From Callorhinchus milii (Eukaryota), in contig NW_024704743.1 in the NCBI RefSeq assembly GCF_018977255.1, forward strand, positions 103,790,001 through 103,854,000: a stretch of DNA of 64,000 bases, given 5' to 3'. The translations under genes were made by a program, and so were the position numbers. The notes beneath the pieces are model-generated. The model was not told the origin of the DNA and did no database searches. It saw nothing but the letters and a program-made list of their open reading frames with translations. Below, piece after piece: positions 53,562 through 64,000 of the stretch. Every line of letters starts with the position of its first letter. Position 1 is the stretch's first letter.

Positions 53562-53867
53562 GGAGTTCTGTAGCTCACTGATTAGAGCACTCGCCTCGCA
53601 AGCGAGAGACCTGGGTTCGATTCCCAGCAGGGTGAAACCTTGGGCAAGTTTCCTTACTCCACACGCCTGATAATAATCCCTCAAGAAAAAAAATGATGAA
53701 TTGGTCACTTCAATCCACAACTGTTTGTGGCAAACTGCTGTGTGCAATTGGCTGCCACGTTTCGCCCACAAATATACAGTCAATTCACTTTACAGTATAT
53801 TCCATGAAGCGCTTTGAGACATCTGGAAGACATGAAAAGCGTTATATCAAATGCAAGGATTATTATT
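53562..53867 (+). mobile_element. tRNA-derived SINE, full length, intermediate-age variant
   Basis: More diverged family member. B box GGTTCGATTCC; AAAGTG duplicated at both ends (53557-53562 and 53868-53873). Confidence 0.93.
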
Positions 53868-54680
53868 AAAGTGTAGATTCAGCCAGGCTGCTTGATGATA
53901 CTATTTACCCTAGCGTGCTACTTGGTCTCAAGAGGGTAGAGGATGAGGAAATGTTAATACGAGACCCAACCTACAGACACCAGTTCTGAGTAAGATAGCA
54001 AAGTAAGCCAGCATGGTTCAGCAACTGTGACGGAGCAAGAAAGACTGTCCATTTTTCAAGGTTAAAACAAAATTCAGAGAAAATGATGGGATTACTCATT
54101 ACCTTTTATATATTGCATTACATGAAAGGCAGTACGTAACCCAGCAACACAGTGAGACACTGCAATGAATCATCTGATAATGCAGTATGTTATCCGACTC
54201 CAACACAACTATTCAACATGTAATTATTTATACCTCATTGGCAATCTCAGTCCCAGTACAACACTTTACCATGAGTGAACATACAGGAAACTTTGGATAA
54301 CTAGTGACTCCAAAGGAAAAGGCCCAGTGATAAATTATCCCATGTGACAAGTTCGCCATAGGTCCTCCCAGGCTGCTCAGGGCCGCTCTCTTGCTCACTC
54401 AGCCGGTACCCGTTTCCCGCAGACACAGCATCAGATTATGCGTGCCCAACCTCCACCAAGCACCCGCACTAGTCACAGATTAGGGCAGGAAGTCTCTGTG
54501 ATGCAAGACATCATGTTATCCCATGCATTTTACACTGTAAATCTTACAAGAATTTCTACAATGGACAAATTATATGTTAAGCCAAGTGACAAATGAAACA
54601 AAGTCCCTTATTAATATTTTGCATGGGAAGCAGCCAGGATATTGACAGTGTAACAAATTAAGTCATAATGACGAGTTCAG

Positions 54681-54848
54681 GTTGGATTGAGTTATCTAGA
54701 GTTTACTGTAATTCCAGAATAGCAACCCAAAATAAAGTACAATTAGAATTAGGTTAAAATGTTGCAATCTAGGAACTGAAATTGCATTTAAACCTTTACC
54801 TAAACTTTGTTATTGTGTTACACTTGCTCTCAGTTATTCTCATCCAAC
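54681..54848. repeat. ~170-bp decayed palindrome
   Basis: Nested inverted pairs: GTTGGATTGAG/CTCATCCAAC, AATAAAGT/ACTTTGTT, AGGTTAAAATGTTGCAAT/ATTGCATTTAAACCT. Confidence 0.6.
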
Positions 54849-56494
54849 ATCTAGGTTTTCAATTTGGAATCTACTTCAGCACAATAAAAGACCAAGCAGG
54901 TTTTTATGTGTGTGATTAATTCGATCAGCATAAGTATTTTATATAATAATTAATAATAATCCTTGTATTTGATATAGCGTCTTTCTTGTCAGGAGGACGT
55001 TTCAAAAGCGCTTCACAGGATTTACTGTAAAGTGTAGTAACTGTTTTGTAGCAGCCAATTTGTACACAGAAATATTCCTGTTGAATTATTGAAAGGTGGC
55101 ACTTGTGAAATAATATTACTCATATTCACTTCTGGCAAGCGGTTACATTGCCACAGGCATTGTGGGGACATCAGAAGCTTGGAGGAGGGTAAAATTACAG
55201 TAGATTTTGGGCTGCACTTTCTCCTCCCCTTTCCCCATCCTGTCTCCAAATTGCAATAATCAAGGCTCAAATCCAATCAAGACAAAAAAGTCCCTCTTGT
55301 TTTACTTGAAAATTACAAAGTCATCACAACTGCTGCATTTAGGATTTTAACATCCACCACACCCCTAATCATCCAAGCACCAAACCCAAATCTCTGCAGG
55401 GCTGGAAGTAATAACAGATTAGAACTGACATGAGATTAGTGACCTGATTTTGCAGCATGATTAAAAAAGGTGAATCACTCCATACATCGCAAGCATCTTA
55501 TTCAAACACAACTTCACCTAAATTTGAGTGCTAAACTAACAGATCAGCACAGCCCCTTAGCTAACAAACCAAATTCCAGATGGCAATTGGATACCCTCTA
55601 GGCTGGCAAATGCTGAACAGTCGGTTAAAGCTGCAGAACACTAAATTCTGTGGCTCATAGCGAGTGTTATACTACTGTAGCACAATTTGTGCTCACTAAG
55701 GTCAGAGAAGTACAGAAGAACAGAACATATTCCGATCAGGATTCAACACTGTCAGGTGCAACACTGGGTTTTCAACATAGCTTGGAATCGAAATGAAACA
55801 TCATCCAAGAACAGAGTTTTCTTCCCAGGATTAGACCCAATCCACACAAGACTCCACTACCAAATACTAGAGTCGAGATGGTTACAGTACTACAAATGTA
55901 TGGATGCACTCATCCCTATTGGCCAACTAATTTAATCATTAAACTAGTACAAACCAAATCCAACTGGCAAAAATATAACTAAGATAATTTTGAAACAAAA
56001 CTTCAACTGTACAAATGTACAAAAAAGGGCTGGACCGACCGGGCCATGGATTAGAATGCAGTCCTTCCACTACTGAACCCAGAACTTGAACCCAGAAGGG
56101 ATAAAAAAAAATCTCCCTCTGTCCTGCAGCTGTTAAAGGTACTAAGTGAACAAGTTCACATTGATCCAAGATAAACTCCCTATAGAACCAAGTCCACATT
56201 TCAAAGCTTTCTCCAAAGTTCAGAGCTGGAACATACAATCTAAATGAATAAAACAAATGATGCAAGTTACAATAAACTTCAGTATGAAGGTCTGTGATTC
56301 TGCAGCTGTACCTCAAAAAGGATTTGCAGAAAGCCTTAGTCATTCGCTTGATACTAAATCTATACAGAGTTCATCTAAACATACGTTTCCTATACAGCCA
56401 CAGAATATGGTGTATTTAATGCGTGCAGTTGCCACTAACGCTAAGAATAATATCTTAAGACAAACGTAAAAGTAACTTGAGCAAGGATTTAAGT

Positions 56495-57145
56495 ACAATT
56501 TTTTTTTGGTCATCTGGGTGTCTGACACATGTGGAAACCCATCACCATGCTTAAGAGTATCCAATCCAAACAGAGTTCCACGCATTCCACCTGCACATGG
56601 AAATTCCAGGGCTGTTTTTTTGGAGTGGAATGCACACTTTCTCCCTGGAGGGATGCATCCTGCTTACCTAATTCCGGAAAGTATTTGACACAGGTTGGCA
56701 AGAGTCAACGCTTGGGGACCTCAGAGTGTTCATTGGTGTAGTGCTAGAGTCTAGCCAGCTAAAGCCACATAGCTTACCATTGAGAGCACTGTCTGACTAG
56801 CTTTCCCGCTGCTTGTCCAGCTAGGGTGTTACATCACATTGTCCGGACAATATAATGTAGCACCGTATCGGTTACGGCTTTGGCTTACAAGGTTCGCAGA
56901 AGCTGAGTGGGACAACTCCTTGTCCATTCAGGTCCTGCCGATGAGCCAGGTCAACTGTGCCGCCATCAGCAGTACCCTGAATACTGCAGACCCACCTGGC
57001 TCAGGAACTGGATGTTGAGCTTGATTCCGACATTCAGTTGCAAAACACATCACGTTGGAGCCAGTTCAGTTAGAAGGAGACCCTGCTTACTTGCTCCACA
57101 CCCCCACCCGTGAGATTAGTCACTAGTTGATCATTTGACATCTGA
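56495..57145 (-). repeat. Unclassified repeat family X, long copy
   Basis: Aligns with 11752-12100 and 40940-41845. Starts on + with a T run (an A tail on minus) and contains a 46-bp palindromic insert. Confidence 0.8.
56822..56867. mobile_element. 46-bp palindrome with TAGGGTG...CACCGTA ends (possible collapsed hAT-type MITE)
   Basis: Arms TAGGGTGTTACATCACATTGTCC versus reverse complement TACGGTGCTACATTATATTGTCC, 19 of 23 matches, no loop. Absent from the other X copies. Confidence 0.6.
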
Positions 57146-57884
57146 GCCTTCATTTGGACGGCAGGTATCAAGAACTCACTGCAAGCTTCCTAGTGGGCAA
57201 CACAACTCAGCGTGAAATCCGCAAGAGCATTGCCACCATCTTCCTGTCTGCATTTCAGACACATACCCCTTCCTACTGAGCGATAGATCCAACAGTTGGA
57301 GGTGCAGAGCTTAAGCAGCAGCTGCTAACCTCTCTGCAAGCCAAAAGACTAAAATATGTAACAAAGCAAAATTTTAACAAACGCACTAACTTTCAACAGC
57401 ATACTGGTCTTACTACTCTCAGGCTAGGATTTCCCTGTGTACAATTATCCACTAAATCTTTCTGTGAAGTGCACAAGTGTAGCTATCAGGTGACAACATC
57501 TGGTTCAGCTGCAAAGCTTCCAATGTCAAAAAGCTCATCGCCAACACTTTGCCATCTTATACAAAGAATGACCACTCAGGTAAGACAGCAGAACTATGAA
57601 TGCCCATGGAAATATGTCTCAGGATGAGTTAGTTAGTGCACCTACTAAGCAGTGGCAAAGAAACTAAACCACCCAGATACCAATAATCCTTACAGTGAAC
57701 AATGTATTTAATCTCAGCAGCCTAAGTACTTTATCAACAATAGTAAATTGTTGATAAACATTGAATCCTGTTCAAATTTATTTTAACCAATACTATGCAA
57801 GCTTAGAGAATGTTTTTATTTCTACAAATGTTGCTTGTATCTTATTTTTTAAAAAATATTATTTTAGCAGTGTTTACTATTTGT

Positions 57885-58205
57885 GGAGTCCTGTAGCTCA
57901 ATGGTTAGAGCACTCGCTTTGCAAGCGAGAGACCTGAGTTCAATTCCAGGCAGAGCGAAACCTTGGGCAAGTTTCCTTACTCCACACGCCTAATAATAAT
58001 CCCTCCAAAACCAAAAACAATAATAAATTGGTCATTTTCAATCTACGACTGTCTGTGGGACATTGCTGTGCGCAATTGGCTGCCGCGTTCACCCACAAAT
58101 ATATAGTCAATTCACTTTACAGTGTGTTCTGTGAAGCGCTTTGGGACGTCCTCCCGACGTGAAAAGCGCTATATCAAATGCAAGGATTATTATTATTATT
58201 ATTAT
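57885..58205 (+). mobile_element. Young tRNA(Ala)-derived SINE, full length
   Basis: Near-identical family member. TTTGTGGA duplicated at 57880-57887 and 58206-58213. Confidence 0.95.
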
Positions 58206-59864
58206 TTTGTGGAATTCATTTAAAGTGATTTTTTTCTTTTAAATTGACATAATTATTAGTCAAGTGCCACCACTAAGCCAATGTGATATTTCAATTGGGA
58301 GTAATTTGCAGTCAAATGCAATAATCACATTTCTATTGTGCACAAATTAATCTCGACAGTGGGTACACAAACTCCAGTTCTGATCATTTACTAAGCAAAC
58401 AGCATACTTCCAAAACAGCATATTACAAAGCCAAATCTCCAGAAACAAAAGAACTATAATCTGCAGAAGTATTGGTAATAATATAGGAGTGCTCTCTCAG
58501 TTCGGAGGGTGAGGTTGTAAATCCACACAATGCAACATTAGCATGTACACTTCCAATGGAGGGAGAAACAGGATGGATTGACAAGAGACCTGAAAGCCTT
58601 TTTAAAATTACAATTCATTCTTTCCTATGATGCAACTATTCACCCCTTCCTCAGATATGATGCACATTAGTTCAACTAAAGAAGAGACAACCGGTGATCA
58701 AATCACAAGGCAGCTGCTAATCCTGTACTTAAAACACCCACTTTTCAATTCACTCCCCACCCAGATGAAAAAGTCACTATATCTAGTAATTACTTGCAAA
58801 ATGTTTTGAAATGTTCAACATGATAAGACACTATAAATATTCAAATTCTCTTTATGAAAGCACCTTATCCAAAAACTATCAGCCCTGAGCTCAATCACTC
58901 CTCACACAGTCCTGAAAGCATATTGGCACACCAACAGGCCACAACACTGACAGGAACAGGTAGTAGTACATTCCATTTCTTATAAATTACCTCATTTACA
59001 TTTACAAAGCAAACAATCTTTTCAAATATAGGTACTGCAAAGAAATAGGAATGGATGTGTATTTGTTTGAAGAACAAAACAAAAATCCTTGCACTAACAT
59101 TTTGAGGCTTTGGAATGAATTACAAAGGACGGAGTATAAATGTTGTCCTAAAATGCTACAGAATGCAACAATATTAACTTTACAGTCCAAGAGCATTCAT
59201 AATTCAGGCAACCAAACCACTAAGCAACATTTATACACTAATCCAGTAATTTAAAACGTTCTGATGTGTTTTTGTACTTCATTTGAAACAGAGATAAAAG
59301 GACTCAGAACACAAATGAATCTCTAATCACTTATTGCACTGCAAGACAATTCATTAACAGCAATTAAGTTGCATCAGAAAAGACATTTTACAAGGTATTA
59401 ATGTCTTAGGAAACTTTAATATGTCAGAAGATTTATGTTTTCTACGAGTCAACAGGCTGCACTATCTGCATTTATCTTACTTATTTCACATAGAAATCTA
59501 TCAGCCGAAACCAATAAAAAGGTATGATAGCATGCTACCCTCAAACAATCAGATGAAGGTTTCAAAGAAATGACAACAGCATGGTTCCTTGATAAATATT
59601 CAGTTGTTTGCCATGTTATTCAAATAAATAACTCTTGCTTTTGATATAGTGCCTTTCATGTCAGGAAGATTCACTGCAAAATATAGTGACTATTTGGACA
59701 GGCCAATATACGTACTTGTATCAATATTCAAATCAGGCAAATGGTAATTGGAATCTTGACGTAATAAAACCAAAGAGATGATGCTTAACTTGTGTAAATT
59801 GTTAGCTTGCAGTTAAATTATTGTGTTAAGAGTTTTGGCCAACCCGTTTTAATAAGAGTGTCAG

Positions 59865-60325
59865 TGAGGGTGCAGAGGAGATTTACTAGGATGATGCTAG
59901 TGATGAGTTGTTATCCCATGAGCAGAGACTGGGGGAACTGGGATGGTTTTCACTAGAACAGAGAAGGCCAAGAGACACGATTCGTCCTTTTAAGATGACG
60001 AGGAGTTTTAATAGAGCAGATAAGGAGAAGTTATTTCTAGTTAGTGATTAGGGGACATCAATTCAAAATAATTAGCAAAAGAGAAAGGGGAAAGATTAGG
60101 AGGACTTCATTTTCACATGGGGTTGTTACAATGTGGGAATGTGCAGTCAGGAGAAGTGGTTGGAGCAGGATCAATATTAGGTTTCCGATGGGAACGAGGT
60201 ATCTTTTTTAATAAAAGTAATTTGTAGAGGTATGGAGGTAGATGCAGGTAAATTGCTCTTTCATGGACCTGGCACAGACACGATAGTCAATTGGCTTTAT
60301 TCTGTTCTGTAAAGTTTTACGGTAA
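59865..60325 (+). mobile_element. Old CR1 3' fragment
   Basis: RVQRRFTRM...RLGELGWFSLEQRR-like coding remnant followed by a CR1-type 3' end. Confidence 0.8.
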
Positions 60326-61362
60326 TCAAAGTTGCCCTTGAGAGCTGGGAAAACAAACTGGGCACAAGGGATACAAAGCTCAGCTGCAGATTCAGCCTCT
60401 CCCAAAGTTACTGTGACAATCTCCACCCACAATGAACTTTTAATACTCAGGAGGCGTCACCATCACACCCAAAGGAATGGCTTGTGTCTATGTCAAGCTT
60501 CCGAGGACAAAGTATTCATAAATATGATGCAACATGTAAATTTATACATGCAGTTTATTTAAGAGTACCAATTATCTCAAACTAAAATGAAAGCTTTTTT
60601 GGTGAAAAAAAATGGCATTTTGAGTCATGCATGGGTGGTTCTGTACTGTAAATTCAGTCAAAAAGTATATGGAGGTGTGGTTAAATTAATTACACGTCTG
60701 CAGGAATCTGATCCTGAAATCTGCAATTTTACCTCTTGCTTTGTACACTACACAGTGAAACGTCTCCACATCCTTTTGAAAGCTAACCAAAAGACATTCT
60801 TTGACTGCTAACTGAGGGCTTCATGACCCTGAACACAAATGCATATGTAATTGAATTTATTCTAAAAAAATGGAAATTTTAATTATTAGTTAGATTAAAG
60901 ATTGCTGGTATATTACCGAAAAAGGAGTGAGTCATGATGCCAAAGTTATCCAAGTTAAGACCTCCTAGTTTCAAGCCAGCTGAAAGCAAATTTGCCCCAC
61001 GCTGTTAAAAATCAACTTTTAGCTATTTCGGACCAACTGCAAAGGCCAAGTGCACAACTATTGTTACACAGTTTTACTCCGTGAATCAATACCAAGCTGG
61101 ATGAACTATTCAGAATGCATTAAGTATATTATCCGATCAGTCTCAAAAAATCAGTTTGACTTTTGAGCTGCAGGAAATTATTTTTTCTCTCCTGCTTTTA
61201 GAAAACAATATCAACAACCAGTAAAGTGATGTGTGAACTTTTCCCATCTTTATTTGAAACCATAAGAGACACCATGGCAGCAAATAGTGTGAATGATGCA
61301 ATTTTCGCTGGACAAGACACCATAACACAGTTATTTATCATCTTGTACAGGATCAATCCCCA

Positions 61363-61577
61363 GGATGGGATTCCAGCCAAACCATCAATGCTTTACTTAT
61401 TTGTAATACAAAGTGAGTCTCTTCAACACAACACAGAAGAATGCGGATCATCAGGTGGCAACCTTTTGGGAGAATCCACGTCAATAAGCAGTATCTGTGC
61501 CACTGCAGCAAGAGTTTGATACTTTTTCACTAAAAAAACTTTTTCATTAAAAAATGCACCCTATTTGTGAAATGACA
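61363..61577 (-). repeat. Unclassified repeat Y, second copy
   Basis: See 43438-43625. Confidence 0.8.
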
Positions 61578-61653
61578 AGGCGTGGGGGTTCTAGATTTAC
61601 TTTATTTATATTGCATTTCAGGGCATCCAGAATTTGGTGTGATGCTTATTCTA

Positions 61654-62084
61654 AAATAATAACCTTTGATGTTGATACAGCGACCGACATCGAGAAGACA
61701 TCTCAAAGCACTTCAAAAATGTACTGTAAAGTATGGTGACTGTACTTGTAGGCAATTGCAGCAGCCAATTTGTGCACAGCAATGTCCCAAAAATAGCCAG
61801 CTAGTGAGTGACTAAACTTATGTAAGGGATCGTTGACTTGGACACCAGGAGAAACTCCCTTCTCTTTTTAAATACTGCAATGGAATTGAACATCCACCTA
61901 AACAGGCAAACGGGAACTTGATTGAATATTGCATTGGAAAGACAGCATCTCCAGCAAAGTAGCACATCCCCTTGTCTGCACTGGAGTGTCAGCATAGGCA
62001 GCAAGTTCAAAATACCTACATGGGCTTGAACCGATGGCTTTCTGACTTAGAGGCAAGAGTGTCACCAACTGAGCAATATTGACA
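61654..62084 (-). mobile_element. Old Deu-SINE, near full length
   Basis: Reverse complement of head (CTCAGTTGGTGACACTCTTGCCTCTAAGTCAGA...GGTTCAAGCCC), Deu core and tail. Smaller remnants of this family occur at ~190-390, 4230-4420, 12360-12490, 26040-26190, 28410-28490, 31735-31875, 45130-45320, 48650-48940, 52100-52280 and 54945-55070. Confidence 0.8.
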
Positions 62085-62170
62085 GCTTCAAAATTAATGC
62101 CAAATTCTAGATGCTATGAAATGCTACAAAAATAGAGTAAATCTGGACCCAGATAGAAATTTTAGCCATG

Positions 62171-62220
62171 CGTTTCTAACCAAAATAAGTTTATTATACG
62201 TTTCTAACCAAAATAAGTTT
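62171..62220 (+). repeat. Local tandem duplication
   Basis: CGTTTCTAACCAAAATAAGTTT occurs twice (62171-62192 and 62199-62220), separated by ATTATA. Confidence 0.9.
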
Positions 62221-62576
62221 TCCTACCCATATTCTTTGGTTAAAGTATAAAAAGTGTAACAGTAAAAAATAATCGTAACTAAGTGGAGGTGATCATTAAT
62301 GAGAAGCTATTTGTCAGCATAGACTCTTTTCAATCATTAATTTGTCACTGGCAGAAATTTAAGTTGCTGGATATAAAGTGACTGCAATAAACAATTGAAT
62401 TTTTCTGAAAATGGGCTTCTCTCCATGCTGCTTCTTGTGACACTTATAATGACAGGCAATAAAAAAGAGACTTGCACATCCTGTTCCTGCCAATTCACAA
62501 ATTATTTTCAACAAGATTCACACTTTTCAGGGTTTAGAAAGAAACCCCACCCCCCTCGCCCACAGCTCCACTTTGT

Positions 62577-62897
62577 GGAGTCCTGTAGCTCAGTGGTTAG
62601 AGCACTCGCTTTGCAAGTGAGAGACCTGAGTTCAATTCCAGGCAGGGCAAAACCTTGGGCAAGTTTCCTTACTCCACACGCCTAATAATAATCCCTCCAA
62701 AAAAAAAACAATAATTAAATTGGTCATTTTCAATCTACGACTGTTTGTGGGACATTGCTGTGCGCAATTGGCTGCCGCGTTCGCCCACAAATATACAGTC
62801 AATTCACTTTACAGTGTGTTCTGTGAAGCGCTTTGGGACGTCCTCCCGACGTGAAAAGCGCTATATCAAATGCAAGGATTATTATTATTATTATTAT
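62577..62897 (+). mobile_element. Young tRNA(Ala)-derived SINE, full length
   Basis: Near-identical family member; CTCCC-loop tail, (ATT)n. Confidence 0.95.
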
Positions 62898-63834
62898 AAA
62901 GCATGGCTAAAGAAATTTTCTAGCAAAGGAAAGTTCTAATAAAATACAATTATACTTGGGAGCTTTTCCCCTGAATCTCGTCTCCATTTAATAAGATTCA
63001 CCTTCTCATTTTCAAAACACTACAATGAAAAATGACAAGGAAATAGTTTCAGAATACCCCTCTCTTTCTAAAAACTTCTTCACTGAGCTGGATGCTTCAC
63101 TAAAACTTTATTACAATGCATTGCCCTCACTACAGACAGTGTGTTTTTATGATTATGTATCTCTTCCATGATCTTGGAAAGAAATGGGAGGTAAGTTCAA
63201 ATTTGTTTCTAACTGAACATTAGCAGCTACCTTCTCTGCGATTTTCCAAGAAGTCTCACTTTTTTAAAAAATACATTTAACTTTAAGGTCAGTTTATTTT
63301 GTCCAACGCTGTTAAGTTTTCCTTTAGCATTTGTTAAAGCAGGAAGTGTTACTGTCATAGAACAATCTTACAGAAATTGAGCCTGGCAATGCACAGGAGA
63401 TGAATCAATATCTAGAGACATTTTCCCCAAATCTATCAGGAATTAAATATGTTAACTCAGCTCCCTCACACTGCTGGGTTTAATTGTCCAAATTAACAAT
63501 ATTTCTATTTCACTATTTGCTTTAACACAAATTTTCAAGCAAACCAAAAGAAGCAGGGAGAAAAACAATGAGGAACCCCCATTGAGTGAAAATTGCCATT
63601 TCAAAGATTAGCACTTTTAACAGCATTTCCCCCCAAAATTGTTTCACAACTTACAAAACAGTGAAACAATTTCATAAATGATGCATTCCTCATCCAAGGG
63701 ACAGAAAAATAAAACAATAAAACTCACAACTATCTTCTTGATGAATTTAACTAATTACAAGTTAAATAATTGGGAGATCACAGCAAGCAGTGCTGACATG
63801 GGCTAAATTAAGACAAATCAAGGTAAACCAACTA

Positions 63835-64000
63835 CTTTCTCACTCGCTTTCAAATCTCTTCATGCCCTGGCAACCCCTACCTATCCGATCTGCTTACCCC
63901 TCGTCCCCTCCACCATCAGTGGTCGTGCCTTCAGCCACTATGCCCCAAAACTCTGGAACTCTCTCCCTCAATCCCTCTGCCTTGCCCTCTACTTTCAAAT
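63835..64000 (+). mobile_element. L2 fragment running off the window
   Basis: TTCAAATCTCTTCATGCCCTGGCA...CCTTCAGCCACTATGCCCCAAAACTCTGGAAC matches 26940-27105. Confidence 0.8.

Noticed and set aside
57730..57758. 12-bp perfect hairpin TTTATCAACAAT-AGTAA-ATTGTTGATAAA
   Set aside because: Short and AT-rich, too small for a pre-miRNA. Intrinsic terminators do not apply to this eukaryotic context.
57885..57960. tRNA-Ala(TGC) gene (and six similar loci)
   Set aside because: Each continues into the same SINE body and (ATT)n tail, so these are SINE heads.
60658..60779. Possible ~20-bp inverted arms
   Set aside because: Several mismatches and no pairing of the interior; too weak to call.
62171..62220. 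Repeat-spacer-repeat as CRISPR-like
   Set aside because: Only two units with a 6-nt spacer and no cas genes; a simple local duplication.
10209..62939. Recurring small ORFs such as MWDIAVRNWLPRSPTN... as a peptide family
   Set aside because: They are translations of SINE copies, and the poly-Y/poly-I ends come from the (ATT)n tail.

Overview
Eukaryotic (vertebrate) non-coding DNA, most likely from a cartilaginous fish. This is inferred from Deu-domain tRNA-SINEs plus L2 and CR1 LINE remnants of the kind known from sharks and chimaeras; the species is not proven. No long ORF in the window is a cellular gene: the recognisable ones are decayed L2/CR1 reverse-transcriptase fragments or SINE artefacts. 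Mobile DNA includes seven near-full copies of a young ~320-bp tRNA(Ala)-headed SINE, older Deu-SINEs, many L2 3' fragments (two with RT domains), CR1 3' ends, at least three older repeat families I cannot name, and several fold-back (palindromic) elements. The unique sequence looks A-rich on + by eye, and the best splice signals are on the minus strand. This suggests the window is the intronic/3' part of a large minus-strand gene. I see a series of candidate short cassette and terminal exons that could encode alternative C-terminal tails, but I cannot identify the gene and these calls are low confidence. There is no CRISPR, rRNA or bona fide tRNA gene. Best leads: (1) the possible array of alternative last exons; (2) the SINE whose 3' recognition loop matches its L2 partner; (3) an unclassified ~600-bp repeat with nested insertions; (4) long palindromes and inverted repeats.
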